From NCBI GenBank assembly GCA_038087875.1, contig CM075989.1, positions 16,494,001 through 16,558,000 of the forward strand: 64,000 nt of DNA, in the 5' to 3' direction. The notes under the pieces were generated by a model. That model saw nothing but the letters and a program-made list of their open reading frames with translations. It ran no database searches and was not told the DNA's origin. Origin of the DNA: Malacoraja senta. Lineage: Eukaryota. The number at the start of each line of letters is the position of its first letter. Position 1 is the stretch's first letter. Made by a program: the position numbers and the translations under genes. Below, one piece after another: positions 1 through 12,968 of the stretch.

Positions 1-69
1 TCTGGTAATGATGTCATCTTAAATAATACAGCACTTGAGAATGTACAAGGGAGCACAAAGTCAGGGAGT

Positions 70-350
70 CCAGTCATAGTGTCATACAGCACGGAAAAAG
101 GCCTTTCGGCCCAACTTGCCCATGCTGACCCAAGATACCTCATCTACGTTAGTCCCACCAGACTGCGTTTGTCCCATGTCCCTCTAAATCTATCCTATCC
201 AGGTAGCTGTCAAAATGTCTTTTAAACATTGTTATAGTACTTGCCTCAACTACATCCACTGGCATCAAAGTTCCATATCCCCACCACCCTCTGTGTGAAA
301 ACATTGCCCCTCAGGTTCCTATTAAATCTTTCCCCTTTCACCTTAAAAAG
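70..350 (-). mobile_element. CR1/HER1-type LINE 3' fragment
   Basis: Matches the reverse complement of CR1 3' ends elsewhere in the window (e.g. 31400-31600). Confidence 0.75.
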
Positions 351-849
351 GAGCTTGATGTTCGCTCAAATTGTTTATTTCATGAAATATTTACATACAA
401 ATTTTCTGATACATAGATATAGACATACTGAACCCCAGAATTCTCTTGCTAATTATTTAATTGCTGCCGGCACTGACGCCGTATCATATTTATTGTTATT
501 TTTATAATATGGCTGCATTCGGTGATGCCCTCATAGGACTTTTTCCTTTAATGTAAGTCTTTCTAACACTAGCCATCTCTTTTGTACACTGAGAGTAAAT
601 TCAATAATTCCTGTCTTTCAAACGTCGTAGTAATTCAACAGGAGCACACATCAAAGATTTGGCACAATAGTGTTGTAACCTTATCTTTAACTGTGCTACG
701 CATAAATGGAATTCTTCCTTGGGAGTATAAGGTCAGTGAATTCATCTGTACTCCCACGATTTGAGATGTGCCTTTTAAGCACTTTCCTGTGAAGTGATCA
801 GTTACTCCATGGTATGCTATGACCATTTTTCAATAAAAGCACAATAAAC

Positions 850-1170
850 GCCAGGATGTCGAGAAGAATGGATAAAGTGAATGCCCGCAGTCTTTTTCCC
901 AGAATAGAGGATTTTAAAAATAGAGGGCATTGGCTTAAGGTGAGAAAGGGGAGATTAAGAGGGACCACGGGGGCAACTTTTTTCAATCGGAAGGAAGTCC
1001 ATATCTGTCAGAGGAACCTATAGAACTGGATATAAATATGACTTTCAAATTTACAACAATATGGCTAGGATGGGTTTAGAGGTATATGGGGCAAATACAG
1101 GCAAATGGAACTAAATTGGTCAACATGGATGAGTTGGGCCCAAGGGCATGTTTCCATGCTGTGTAGATCT
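850..1170 (+). mobile_element. CR1-type LINE 3' fragment
   Basis: Degenerate RGH-L-V-G coding end plus 3' tail (gggccaagggcatgtttccatgctgt). Confidence 0.7.
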
Positions 1171-2829
1171 GTGGCTTCATGGCTTTTTTTTCTGTGGCGA
1201 CCAGATTCCTGAACCGATCAGCTCTTTTCACACTCCATGCTCGGAGGTGCTGCCATGTTCTCTTGGTCTTCACTCTGACTCATTCAGTTATTCTGTTATG
1301 TACTTTCATTTTTTGTTGTTGCATTATTTCAGATTGTACTGCAATCTTTGCACCATTCTGCTGTTTGGCATTTGTCATTGTATTGTTGTATTTATCATTT
1401 CTGCACTCAGTTGACTGTGCGATTCATGCGAAGGAGGAATTTCATTGCACCCTGGTCTATGTGACAATCGGAATCTGAACTCTGCAAAATATTTGCGTTT
1501 TGTTTATTATTTATTTAGTTAATTTTCCCATATTTGGACATCACTGGCAAAGCCAGCGTGTACTGCCTCACTGCTCAGGAGAAGGCGTTGAGCTCCTTTC
1601 CTGAACTGCTGCATGTCTTCTGGTATTCTAAGATATTTGTATATCTTCATCAGGCCTTTGGGAGGGAGTTCCAGGATTTAACCCCACTGCTGATGAAGGA
1701 CCAGCACTAGAATTCCAAATCAGGATGGTGTGCATCTGGGAGGGGAATCTGCAGGTGGTGGTGTTTCCATGCACCTGCTGCCCTTGTCCATCTTGGTGAT
1801 AGAAGTTGTGGATTTGGAAGACGCTTTCAGAGTAGCACAAATATACAGAACAGTACAGTGCAGGAACAGGGCCTTCAGCCCGTGGCATTTGTGCTGACCA
1901 TAATGCTACTTTAAATGAATCTCATCTGCCTGCACATGTAATGCATGTTACACCTGGTGTACACTCCACAAGGCACCAGTGGTAGAAGGAAGAAATGTTT
2001 AGGGTGGTGTCAGGCTTGAATGGTCGGCGTTAATCTTGAGAGTTGTTTCCCTTATCAAAGTAAATGCAGAGTATTATATCACAATCCTGATCTGTGCCTG
2101 AAGATGATGCAAAACCTCTTTATATCAGGAAATCAGTCACCCTCACAGCTGGGTACACAACACTGACCAACTCTTGTAGCCGCAGTATTGACATTGATGG
2201 CTCAGATAAGTTTTTGGTTAATGCTGCCCCTCCCAGGGCGTTAACGATGTGAGATTTTACAATGGTAATGACATTGAACGGCAACGATAGCCCGTTAGAC
2301 TGTTGTTGGAGAAGAGCGTTGCTTGACATTTTTATGGTGCAAGTGTTGATTTTCATTTATGAAGAATGCCTGAACATTGTCTAGGTTTTTCTGCATGCAG
2401 GCATGGGCCACTTTATTTGCTGAGGAGTTGTAAATTGAATTAAATTGAACATCATTCCCATTCCTAATGATGGAAGGAAGATGGGTCACTAATGGCACAG
2501 TTGAGGACCTAGGGCATTGTCCTGGGGAGTTCTTGAATCTATTTGCGATACCAAGGTGACCTCTTTACAGTGTAAATTTCTAATTTTGAAGAATTAGGCT
2601 TCTTTATACTTTAGTTAACAACAGCAACATGTGAAAAAAAGTGGGGTCAGCTCCTGAGATCACAAAAGTCTCAGTGCATAGGGAATACCTGACATGGGTC
2701 TTGTTTGGATCAATATGAGGCAACAAATTCCCTTTTCTGGAGAACATGTGTGTGAGATCATAGAGTAAAGGACAGGATCAGGCACTATTGTGATGTTACT
2801 CATGTCTACCTCATCTGCCATGATTGCTG

Positions 2830-3120
2830 CTTAGTTTACTTTAGTTTATAGATATAGCAGGGAAACAGGCCCTTCAGCCCACTGAGTCCACACCGACCAT
2901 CGATTTCCCGTTCACACTAGTTCTATGTTATCCCACTTTTTCATCCACCCCCTACACACTAACTTACAAACAAACCTACACATTTTTGGGATGTGGGAGG
3001 AAACCCATGTGGTCACAGGGTGAACATGCAACCTCCATACAGACAGCATCCGATGTCAGGATCAACCCAGGTCTCTGGTGCTGCGAGGCAGCGATTCTAT
3101 AAGCTGCACCACTGTGCCAC
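2830..3120 (-). mobile_element. tRNA-derived SINE (HE1/V-SINE-like)
   Basis: Reverse complement shows a tRNA-like head, central V-domain-like core, CR1-like tail and (TAAAC)n-like end. Confidence 0.85.
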
Positions 3121-3340
3121 CCTGATGCTTCTAATGTTAAAGATGGTAACATGAGCAAGATATTGCAAAACGTCCAGTATTGGCAAATTGTACTGCAGGA
3201 AGAATACAGTTGAACAAATTGAAAATGGAACATCTACTTTTTTCTTTTGGAATGAATTTCATGTTTTGAATGGCAAAGTGTAGCTGAACTTTTAAAACAT
3301 GTTTTGAATTTTCTAAAATGTGAACGTTAGAGGCTGTCTT

Positions 3341-3396
3341 TGTCAGCCGTAACTCAGGTGGCCTCCTATGTCAGCCGTAACTCAGGTGGCCTCCTA
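3341..3396 (+). repeat. Perfect 28-bp tandem duplication
   Basis: tgtcagccgtaactcaggtggcctccta x2. Confidence 0.9.
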
Positions 3397-3522
3397 AGTC
3401 AGACCCTTATGGGTTCAAGCCCCAATTCTAAAGATGAACAGTCGTGATCTTGCAGAAAACACTTCATGTGGTATTGAGGGAATGCGGTACTGTCAGATAT
3501 GCTGCTTTTAGCTGAGGCATCT
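3341..3522 (+). mobile_element. Old DeuSINE/SacSINE1-like fragment
   Basis: gggttcaagcccc B-box-like motif followed by gtggtattgagggaatgcggtactgtcagatatgctgcttttagctgag, resembling the Deu-domain core (from memory). Confidence 0.5.
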
Positions 3523-3529
3523 GAGAAAT

Positions 3530-3786
3530 GGCCGGAGACCCGGGTTCGATCCCGACTACGGGTGTTTCTGTACGGAGTTTGTACGTTCTCCCCGTGGCCT
3601 GCGTGTGCTTTCTCCGAGATCTTCGGTTTCCTCCCACACTCCAAAAGGCGTACAGGTATGTAGGTAAATTGGCTTGGTAAATGTAAAACTATTGTCCATA
3701 GTGTGTGTAGGATTGCTGGTCGGCGCGGACCCGGTGGGCCAAAGGGCCTGTTTCCGCGCTGTATCTCTAAACTAAACTAAACTAAA
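3530..3786 (+). mobile_element. SINE (HE1/V-SINE-like), 5'-truncated
   Basis: B box gggttcgatccc, V-domain ggagtttgtacgttctccccgtg...ggtttcctcccacac, tail (taaac)n. Confidence 0.9.
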
Positions 3787-3847
3787 ACCATATGCTTTGT
3801 CTGAAGCATTATATTTTTGAAGGAGAGGGAAGATATCTGTGGTGGAA

Positions 3848-3958
3848 GAGATGTGTAGGAAAGTACTGCAGATGCTGGTTTAAATCGAAGGTAGTCACAA
3901 AATGCTGGAGTAACTCAGCGGGACAGAAGGAATGGGTGATGTTTCGGGTTGAGACCCA
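3848..3958 (-). mobile_element. Penelope-like terminal-repeat fragment with truncated hammerhead motif
   Basis: Similar to 26227-26320 and 48130-48261; lacks the CTGAAGA half of the motif. Confidence 0.7.
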
Positions 3959-4294
3959 GGCCAAAATGAAATTCTCAAGCAACAGCACTGGTCATAAGTT
4001 CATTGCTTTTTGTGGAGCTAGGGATGGTTGGCAGCTACATCGCCTATGTTATTGCACATCAAGAGGTATTGCAGTGACAGTAAAGAGCTTGGAGGCATCC
4101 TGGGATCCTGACTGGTGGACAGAAAATGTGAATTTGTTCTTTTTTCTTTGTCATTGTTTCTGTCCTGCACCAACACATGTCAACTAAAACTTGTGATGTA
4201 TCCACATATCACTATGAAACTGATAAGACCTATAGAGTCAGAGAAAGAGACAACAGAAACAGGCTCTTTGATTAGTACGGGTGTCAGGGATTAA

Positions 4295-4627
4295 ATAGAA
4301 ACATAGAAAATAGGTGCAGGAGTAGACCATTTGGCCCTTCGAGCCAGCACCGCCATTCATTGAGATCGTGGCTGATCGTCCCCTATCAATAACCCGTGCC
4401 TGCCTTCTCCCCATATCCCTTGACTCCACTAGCCCCTAGAGCTCTATCTAACTCTCTCTTAAATCCACCCAGTGACTTGGCCTCCACTGCCCTCAGGGAA
4501 TTCCATAAATTCACAACTCTCTGGGTGAAAACGTTTTTTCTCACCTCCGTCTTAAATGACCTCCCCTTTATTCTAAGATTGTGGCCCCTGGTTCTGGACT
4601 CGACCAACATTGGGAACATTTTTCCTG
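4295..4627 (-). mobile_element. CR1 LINE 3' end
   Basis: ORF 4386..4646: MFPMLVESRTRGHNLRIKG...FTQRVVNLWNSL, the CR1 ORF2 C-terminus. Confidence 0.9.
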
Positions 4628-4784
4628 GATTAACGGGAGAAGGCAAGAGAACGGGGTTAAGAGGGAAAGATAGCCATGATTGAATGGTGGACTAGACTTG
4701 ATGGGCCGAATAGCCAAATTCTTCTCCAATCACCTATGAACACTTCGACCCATTGATTATGTGACAACCATCAACCACTCGTGA

Positions 4785-5125
4785 CATTGGCATAGATAGG
4801 GTAGACAGTCAGAACCTTTTTCCTAGGGTGGAAATGTCCAAAACTAGAGGGCATAGCTAAAAGATGAGAGGGGGAAAGTTTAATCTAGACAAGTTAGTTT
4901 TTACACAGGGTAGTGGGGGCCTGGAATGCCATTGGCAGAGATGGTGCTGGAGGCAGATACGATAGTGCCGTTTAAGAAGCTTTCAGGTAGGCACAGGGAA
5001 GTGCAAGGAATAGAGGGGTATGCATCATGTACAGGCAGATGAGATCAGTTTAACTTGGCATTATGTTCGGCACAAACATTGTGGGCCGAAGGGCCCGTTC
5101 CTGTGCTGTACTGTTCTATGTCCAC
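4785..5125 (+). mobile_element. CR1 LINE 3' fragment
   Basis: Degenerate ORF2 end and tail; same subfamily as 21990-22270. Confidence 0.75.
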
Positions 5126-5204
5126 TCATTTTCAAACTAATATATCCTACTCCATTTAGTTCAACCCCTTCCATTCCTATTATTTCCCAACAGATTCTAC
5201 CACA

Positions 5205-5300
5205 GATAGACACAAAAACCTGGAGTAACTCAGCGGGACAGGCAGCATCTCTGGTGAGAAGGAATGGGTGACGTTTCGGGTCGAGACCCTTCTTCAGACT
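5205..5300 (-). mobile_element. Penelope-like terminal-repeat fragment
   Basis: Homologous to the 3' end of the GIY-YIG element at 26227-27148. Confidence 0.8.
5270..5297 (-). ncRNA. Minimal hammerhead-ribozyme-like motif
   Basis: Minus strand reads CTGAAGA-A-GGGT(CTCG)ACCC-GAAA-CGTC: CUGANGA core, 4-bp stem II, GAAA and GUC triplet. Confidence 0.65.
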
Positions 5301-5309
5301 TCCACACAT

Positions 5310-5520
5310 CTACATACTAGGCACAATTTACAGTTGTCCGTTAATTTACTGACCTATAATTTTGGGATATGGGTGGGGGGAACCAGAGTCTCCAGAGGAA
5401 ACCCATGCTGTCACAGGGAGAATGTGCAGACTTTGTACAAGTCGCATCAGGAATCACGATTGAACCCGGGTCAGTGGAGTTGCGAGACCACAGCTCTACC
5501 AGCTGCATCATTGCGCTGCT
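5310..5520 (-). mobile_element. SINE (HE1/V-SINE-like), diverged
   Basis: Reverse complement of the tRNA head and V-domain core. Confidence 0.7.
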
Positions 5521-6502
5521 GTGTTCGTACTGTTTACTGTTATGCCTGGTTATGTTTATGAGACTGTGGGGCGTCCGCAATGTTTCGGAACTTTGCGCTT
5601 TGCTTCTGTGTACACAATACGCAGGAATCGGAGGAGTAACTGCGATACCAGAGTGAGTGTGTCCCATTTTGTGCCCTATTACTGCTGAGCTTAAAATAGA
5701 AGGTGATGTTGCCAGGGTGGAGTTGGGGTGACACCCATCTGTTGTACACAAACTTCTCAATCTGAACCAATTGGAGCTTGGAGCTGATTTGCAATTGCTA
5801 ATATAACAAAATCTCTGTACTTTTAAATAAATTCTGAAAATAATGCAGTAACTGTTCACACATTTTCATTGTAGTCCCTTGGTTTAATATTCCCCTGCTT
5901 CCTGCTTTCATTCGCAAACCAAAGGTTTCAACTATTCTTCAGATTGATGCAGAGAATTTTTACCTCTGGGCTGCAATAATTTAATATCTCCACCTTCATC
6001 TCTCTTCCTGCATGTGAGGCCTTCTGTTGAAAAGTGGATGCCAGCAACAGTCTGTCACCTCATGTGCAATCAAGCTCATCTAATATTTATTTGAGCTGGG
6101 AATTTCTTACCTGTTTTTTGCATTTCATGCGTTACTTAATTCAACTTGTGTTCGGGAATGGCTGAGGCAAATCTCTTACGTTTTTAAGGTTCTTCTTTTA
6201 AATCTCTTGAGTTTTGCAACAAGGTAGATTTGTTTTACCCTCAAGCAATTGAAGGTGGGCAGAAATTTATTTTAATTCTAAAATTGCCAATTTGATTCAA
6301 CTTTAGGCAGAATAGTCTTTTAATTTTATATGAACACCACCATGCCATAATGTTTGGGAAAATCAATCAGTTACAATTAACCACATTTCCCTTTTGCTTC
6401 CAAAACAGTCAAATTAAGCAAGGTTTGACGTTTATGATGCTGTACCTCCCTGGAGTGTTGCTGTAACTGGCAATGATCATGTACCAGTTGCTACCCCACT
6501 AC

Positions 6503-6785
6503 TGGGGCAGCTCAGTGATGCAGCGGTGGAGTTGCTATCTTACAGTGCCAGAGACCCGGGTTCGAAACAGAGTTTGTACGTTCTCCCCGTGACCTGCGTG
6601 GGTTTTCTCCGGGTGCTCAGGTTTCCTCCCACACTGCAGAGACATACAGCTGTGTAGGTGAATTGGCTTTGTTAAATTGTACATTGCCCCTAGTGTGTGT
6701 AGGATAGTGTTAGTGTGCAGGGACCGCTGGTCGGCACAGACTCGGTGGGCCGAAGGGCCTATTTCCGCGCTGTATCTCTAACCAA
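6503..6785 (+). mobile_element. SINE (HE1/V-SINE-like)
   Basis: A/B-box head (gcagcggtggagttgct...gggttcga), V-domain and CR1-like tail. Confidence 0.9.
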
Positions 6786-6914
6786 ATTGGTTGGGTGATG
6801 TAGGCTGCCACTTTTAGCCGATCCAGCAAGTTTGCTTTGATAGCCAGTGACCCACACATCAGTGAAGATGGAAGAGCAACAAGCCACTGCCGCCACAGAG
6901 AACTTGGTCTTCAG

Positions 6915-7475
6915 TACCATAGAAGCAGGCCCTTTGGCCCAACTTGTTTGTGCTGACCACGGTGCCTTCTTGAGCAAGTCCCATTTGCCTGCATATGACC
7001 TGTATCCCTCTAAACCCTTCCTATCCATGAACTTGGCCAAATGTATGTCAAACACTGTAATTCTACCTGCCTCTACCACTTCCTCTGGCAGCTCGTTCCA
7101 TATATCTACCACTCTTTGTATGAAAAAACTGACCCTCTTGTCACATTCAAATCTTTCCCCTCTCACCTTAATCCTATGCCCTTTAGTTTTAGACTTCCCT
7201 ACCCAGGGATAAATCCACTTACCTACGCCTTCCATAATTTGGTAAACTTCTGTAAGGTCACATGTCACCCTCCTTCACTCCTGGAAAAACAGCCCCAACC
7301 TATCCTTATAATTCAAACACTCCAATTCTGGCAACATCCTTGTGGATCTTTTCTGCACACTCTTGACCTTAATCATGTACTTACTACAACATGGCAAATA
7401 GAACTGCACTGCCTCCATGTTCCAGGTGCTGTCTCACCAACATCTTGTACAGCTGTAATGTGATGTCCTAACTCT
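6915..7475 (-). mobile_element. CR1 LINE 3' fragment
   Basis: ORF 6759..7268 contains DLTEVYQIM...KTKGHRIKVRG...FFIQRVVDIWNELPEEVVEA. Confidence 0.85.
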
Positions 7476-8005
7476 TTTGGACCAGTCTTAGAAGCAGGAC
7501 CGTTAGATTCCAGCAACAGCCTCTTATCCGGACATTTTCCTACTGATTGCTCTTTTTGAGCTGAAGCAAACGATTTTTGCCGCTTAATTATTTTACAAGT
7601 GCTTTGTGTGTTTTTTAAATTCCCACACTCGACTTACACTTTCCTGTTTAAAAGCAAAAACTTTGAGTGGTTATTGATGGCTACATGAAGCCTTGATTTA
7701 TTCACCTTTTGGAAGAGGTTTGCATTTACAAAGCAACTTTCACAGCTGCAGTGTTGCTATATATTAATTCTTCATGTTCTGCAGGCAAATGAACCTCCAG
7801 TCTTGTGCACGGAAAAGTCCCTTGCATTGGCATGGTACACTTGTTGCAATAGGCAACATGTCTGGGTCAAACACCCCAGATTAACTCAGTTTTTTGTTGA
7901 GGTGGTAGGATCTCCCTAACAAACAACACTGCATGGATCCAACACCCTCACATTATTGCATTGCCAGGTACAAGGAAAGTAGACGTCGAAAGTAATACAA
8001 GGGAG

Positions 8006-8100
8006 GGGTGGCACAGTGGCGCAGCCTTAGAGTCATTGCCTTACAGCGCCAGAGTCCAGGGTTCGATCCTGACTATGGGTGCTGTCTGTATGGTATCTGT
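8006..8100 (+). mobile_element. SINE 5' head (tRNA-derived)
   Basis: ggggtggcacagtggcgcagc...gggttcgatcctgac. Confidence 0.75.
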
Positions 8101-8904
8101 AAGACTCTGACTCCATGATTAAAGTCTTGTCCGGTGGATTACTATTTGTCCACCCTCGCACTGCTACTGACCTATGTCATGGGTCACTGTATAATGTAGC
8201 AGGATGCACATTTTATATTGCACTCTGTCTGACTGTATTTCTGCTTTTCACTCTGCGCACCCTCCCAATTCTCCACTCTCCCTTTGAACACCTAGTTCAA
8301 ACTCAGCAGTACAGAGGTGATAGTTGAGGCAGGGACTAGCCCAACGTTTAAACATCAGGGAGGTACATGGATAGGACAGGTTTGGAGGGATATGGGCCAA
8401 ATGTGGGCAGGCGGGAGCTGGGACATGTTGGCTGGTGTGGCCAGGTTGAGCTGAAGGGGCTGTTTCCATGTTGTATTACTCTATGCACATGACATTGCGT
8501 TTAATGTCCAAAATAACACTTTCAGGACACAGTCTGCTTGCTCGGACTCAACTCTAAGTATCTTGAAGGCTGGGTTCATTTACGTTAGATAGTACGTTCG
8601 TATTGACGCCACAGACAGGGACACAGAGACATAACCTCAGATTTTCCATAAGGCCTTGGAAATAGCCTTGACTGTTAGGAATTGTGCGTCTTCTCTTTAA
8701 TGCATCCTTTCTGCATCAGTTCTAACTTTTAGTACCGCGCACGCAATTAGAGGCAGGTCACCCCTTCCCCTTTCGCTGCTCCCTACCCATCCCTCCTTTC
8801 TACCCCTCCCCTGTCCCCTTAAGAATGATTGTCCCCTCTTCCCCTTTGTGTATCACCAGTATGCACCAATATGCATCCCAGTACTTTCATGCAAGAGTGT
8901 AAGA

Positions 8905-9025
8905 GGTGATCCGAAACGTCACCTATTCCTTTTCACCAGAGTAACTCTACCTGACCCGCTGAGTTACTCCAGCTTTTTGTGTCTATCTTCGGCGTAAACC
9001 AGCATCTCCAGTTCTTTCCTACACA
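8905..9025 (+). mobile_element. Penelope-like terminal-repeat fragment
   Basis: ccgaaacgtcacctattcc...gacccgctgagttactccagc; only the 3' half of the hammerhead motif is present. Confidence 0.75.
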
Positions 9026-10329
9026 GATTGTCGGACTCGTTGCACTGGTGATGCTTATTGTTTGTTGTACAATTTAAAACCTACTTTAATGATTAATCAC
9101 AGCTCATTCCCAGTGGCATCATTTAATGGGCAAAAGTGTAGTGTCAGCAAAATATGGTGCCGTCACGCAAATTTGACCGCAAACAAAACGGAAATATTTC
9201 AGGGTAAGATGAAGATGTGGGATCGCTCCACAGTTAAATAATCTCTTGAGAATAAAGACAGTGCAAGGCTCACTGATAATTGCTACCTCCCCTGCTTTCA
9301 GAACTAATTGGATGTGGTTCTAGTGGTGAGACTGGATTCAAGAGTAGTTTTCAAATGGGAAGGAGGAAATCGCATGCCTTCTTGGGAAGAGATATTGATT
9401 AGTAGGACTGGATGTTACAATCCCGAAGCTTCTTCACCACAACTGACACTCGGTATTCTTGGGGGTGACCACTAGGTGATTTTTCTACCAATCAGACACA
9501 TCTTCAGTTGTGTACCTCAACATCACTGGGTGTTTCAGCCTTTTATCACAAGAGACCCTCAGTCGAGGCAGGCCCACCGCAGGGTGATCAGCCCTGGGTG
9601 TGTGTCTTATGGTTAGCCTCTAGATGGTCACGTGGCAGCCCAGACAGCATCTTTTCTCTTCAGCCACAGCCAGTGACTGCTCCATTCTGCTTTTTTCCTT
9701 CCCTCTTTCTACTGCTGACTGTGGCTGGTTGGGCTCTGGACTCGTGTCCGTTGGTGGGACAGTACTTGGTTGAGCTTCGCCTTGCACTATCATGGACTTG
9801 TTTCCTAATTGTGCATTTTTTTTGCACAATCTTTTTTTCACCATCTTATGGAATTTAAGTGAGATTTATGCATGATTTAGGTATAATTTATGGTTTTTGG
9901 GTGTTATCCGTGTGCCTGTGATGTTGCTGCAAGCAAGATTTTCATCATGCCTCTACCTCACCATGCTTGTGCATGTCACAATAAACTCCACGACTTGAAT
10001 TGACTTGTCAATACTGCATTTTGTTAGGGCATGATAGGTGGCCTTTGCAATATGATTCTGATTACGAACAATAAGATGTAGAAATTTAGCATTGATCACT
10101 CCTGCTAAATGGCTGCACAATTATCTCTTGCCCATTGTACTTATTTCCTGGTTTTCCATTCCTACTTCACTGTAAACAGAGATTGGGATGGAGTGTAACC
10201 AGTGCTTAATACTTGCTCTCTTACACAATTAGTAAAGGCAATCAAAGGTGAATTTCTAACCCAAGACTTCAAACTTTGTGGCAATAAAACCTTGTAACTA
10301 TTGGCTGGTGGTGGACTAGCAATGCAACT

Positions 10330-10655
10330 TGGTAAAATTGTTGGGGGAGTCCAGAACCAGGGGCCACAGTTTAAGAATAAGGGGTAGGCCATTTAGAACT
10401 GAGATGAGGAAAAACATTTTCACGCAGAGAGTTGTGAATTTGCAGAATTCTCTGCCTCAGAAGGCAGTGGAGGCCGATTCACTGGATGCATTCAAAAGAG
10501 AGTTAGATAGAGCTCTTTGGGCTAGCGGAATCAAGGGATATGGGGAGAAAGCAGGAACAGGGTACTGATTGTGGATGATCAGCCATGATCACATTGAATG
10601 GCTGGAAGGGCCGAATGGTCTACTCCTGCACCTATTGTCTATGTATCTATGTATG
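10330..10655 (+). mobile_element. CR1 LINE 3' end
   Basis: ORF 10329..10568 LLGESRTRGHSLRIRG...FTQRVVNL, followed by a (ctatgtat)n tail. Confidence 0.9.
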
Positions 10656-11325
10656 AAAGTGTGCACTGTTAGAGTTAAAAAATTACATGTGAAGGAATAA
10701 AATGCTGGGCTCACTTTTTGGCAAAGAAATTGAAGAGGCAGTGGAATTCTGGTAGGATAAAATTAGATGCACTAACATAACATTGCGACAAGCACAATAC
10801 TTTGAAGTTCTAATGTTTTGCTTGTGCTTCAGTCCACTTGTTGTCAGTCCTGGTGCATTCTTCCTTAACACAGACTCGGCAAAGTGCACTGCCTCAGCAC
10901 TTGTCTCACCATTTTAACATTAAGTACAACTGATTTTCCATATCCTCCCATCATTATAAATAACCCCTCACACGCCTCCTGTTTCCCTTTCTATATTCAG
11001 AGAGGTGTAACGTAATTTCAAAATAAAATTCTCTGAATCACTTGCACCACCTGCCACCTTCCAAAGTTGTTCTGAGACTGCAAGTGCTTTTGAAAGATAG
11101 CCAGATAGTAACGCAGCATCCTGCTTGTCCCGCTGAGTTATTCCAGCACTTTGTGTCTATCTTTGGAATATACCAGTATCTGCAGTTCCTTTCTACACAA
11201 GTGTTTTGAAATGCAGTCGCTGCTATGAAACCAAACAGCCAGAATGCAGTTGATTGAACAGTGAGCACTGAAGGAAATGACTATACAGCCTGATTATAGT
11301 GGTGAATGGTTGCTAACAATGTTAG

Positions 11326-11495
11326 ACACAGAATGCTGGAGTAACTCAGTGCGACAGGCAGCATCTCTGGAGAGGAGGAATAAGTGATGTTTCGGGTCGA
11401 GACCCTTCTTCAGTCTGTCCCGCTGAGTTACTCCAGCATTTTGTGTCGCTGGAATATTCAATTTAAACCAGCATCTGCAGTTCCTTCATACACAT
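11326..11495. mobile_element. Foldback Penelope-like terminal-repeat element with hammerhead-like motif (11386-11413, minus)
   Basis: Inverted arms gacacagaatgctggagtaactcag / ctgagttactccagcattttgtgtc. Confidence 0.75.
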
Positions 11496-11610
11496 GTTAA
11501 GAATGTTAGTCATGTTGGAACATAAGAATCTCTTGCATCCTTACAAAGTGGCCAAGGGATTTTGTGTCTCATCCAGAAGACCGCCCTAAGGCTGGGCAGA
11601 GTTGCCCAGG

Positions 11611-12230
11611 TTTTTAGGAGCAAAGAGGTCCTTCTGCAGTTGTACAGAGTCCTAGTGAGACCACACCTGGAGTATTGTGTGCAGTTTTGGTCCTCTAATT
11701 TGAGGAAGGACATTCTTGCTATTGAGGGAGTGCAGCGTCGGTTTACAAGGTTAATTCCCAGGATGGCGGGACTGTCATATGCTGAGAGAATGGAGCAGCT
11801 GGGCTTGTACACTCTGGAGTTTAGAAGGATGAGAGGGAATCTTATTGAAACATATAAGATTGTTAAGGGTTTGGACATGCTGGAGGCAGGAAACGTGTTC
11901 CCGATGTTGGGGGAGTCCAGAACCAGGGGCCACAGTTTAAGAATAAGGGGTAAGCCATTTAGAACGGAGACGAGGAAACATGTTTTCTCACAGAGAGTTG
12001 TGAGTGTGTGGAATTCTCTGCCTCAGAGGGCGGTGGAGGCAGGTTCTCTGGATGCTTTCAAGAGAGGGCTGGATAGGGCTCTTAAAGATAGCTGAGTCAG
12101 GGGATATGGGGAAAAGGCAGGAACGGGGTACTGATTGGGGATGATCAGCCATGATCACATTGAATGGCGGTGCTGGCTCGAAGGGCCGAATTGGCCTACT
12201 CCTGCACCTATTGTCTATTGTCTATTGTCT
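11611..12230 (+). mobile_element. CR1 LINE 3' portion, relatively young
   Basis: Uninterrupted ORF 11562..12095 (LYRVLVRPHLEYCVQFW...RGNLIETYKI...WNSLP) and a (ctattgt)n tail. Confidence 0.93.
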
Positions 12231-12399
12231 TTTGATGTGAGTTGAGGTCCTGGGCAAGGAGGAGGGAAGTTACCACACTCCCAAAGCTACAACCAAAAGA
12301 AGGACATGGACACGAACAATGCAAAGGAATTGCCATTCTCCAAGAATCACAGGGTGGATACTGCATCAGCTATGACTCACTCAGCGATAATAGGGCACC

Positions 12400-12712
12400 T
12401 GTTTAGATTGTTTAGTTTAGAGATACAGCATGGAAACGGGCCCTTCGGCACGTCCATACCAACCATCGGTCACCCATACCCTAGTTATATGTTATCCCTC
12501 TTTCGTACCCTACACATTAGGGGCCATTTACAGAAGCCAATTAACCTGCAAACTTGCACGTCTTTGGAATGTGGGAAGAAATAGGAGCACCCGGAGAAAA
12601 CCCACGCGGTTGTAAGGGGAACATACAAACTCCATACAGACAGCACCCACAGTCAGGATTGAACCCGGGTCTCAGGCGCTGTAAGGCGGCAACTCTTAAT
12701 GCTGCGCCACTT
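12400..12712 (-). mobile_element. SINE (HE1/V-SINE-like)
   Basis: Near full-length reverse-complement copy. Confidence 0.88.
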
Positions 12713-12768
12713 TTGTGACCATCACCTCCCACCTCTTCACTGATTTCAGTGCATGAAATCCAAATTAT

Positions 12769-12968
12769 NNNNNNNNNNNNNNNNNNNNNNNNNNNNNNNN
12801 NNNNNNNNNNNNNNNNNNNNNNNNNNNNNNNNNNNNNNNNNNNNNNNNNNNNNNNNNNNNNNNNNNNNNNNNNNNNNNNNNNNNNNNNNNNNNNNNNNNN
12901 NNNNNNNNNNNNNNNNNNNNNNNNNNNNNNNNNNNNNNNNNNNNNNNNNNNNNNNNNNNNNNNNNNNN
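12769..12968. other. Assembly gap (200 N)
   Basis: Run of exactly 200 N. The round length suggests a scaffolding join of unknown true size. Confidence 0.98.

Noticed and set aside
3341..3396. 28-bp direct repeat as a CRISPR-like array
   Set aside because: Only two adjacent copies, no spacer, eukaryotic context.
6503..6570. tRNA-like A/B boxes (also at 8006, 24784 and others)
   Set aside because: These are SINE heads followed by a V-domain; no complete cloverleaf.
9620..9844. Q/P/S-rich minus ORF as a possible missing ARNT2 exon
   Set aside because: No ARNT2 C-terminal motifs and no convincing splice sites.
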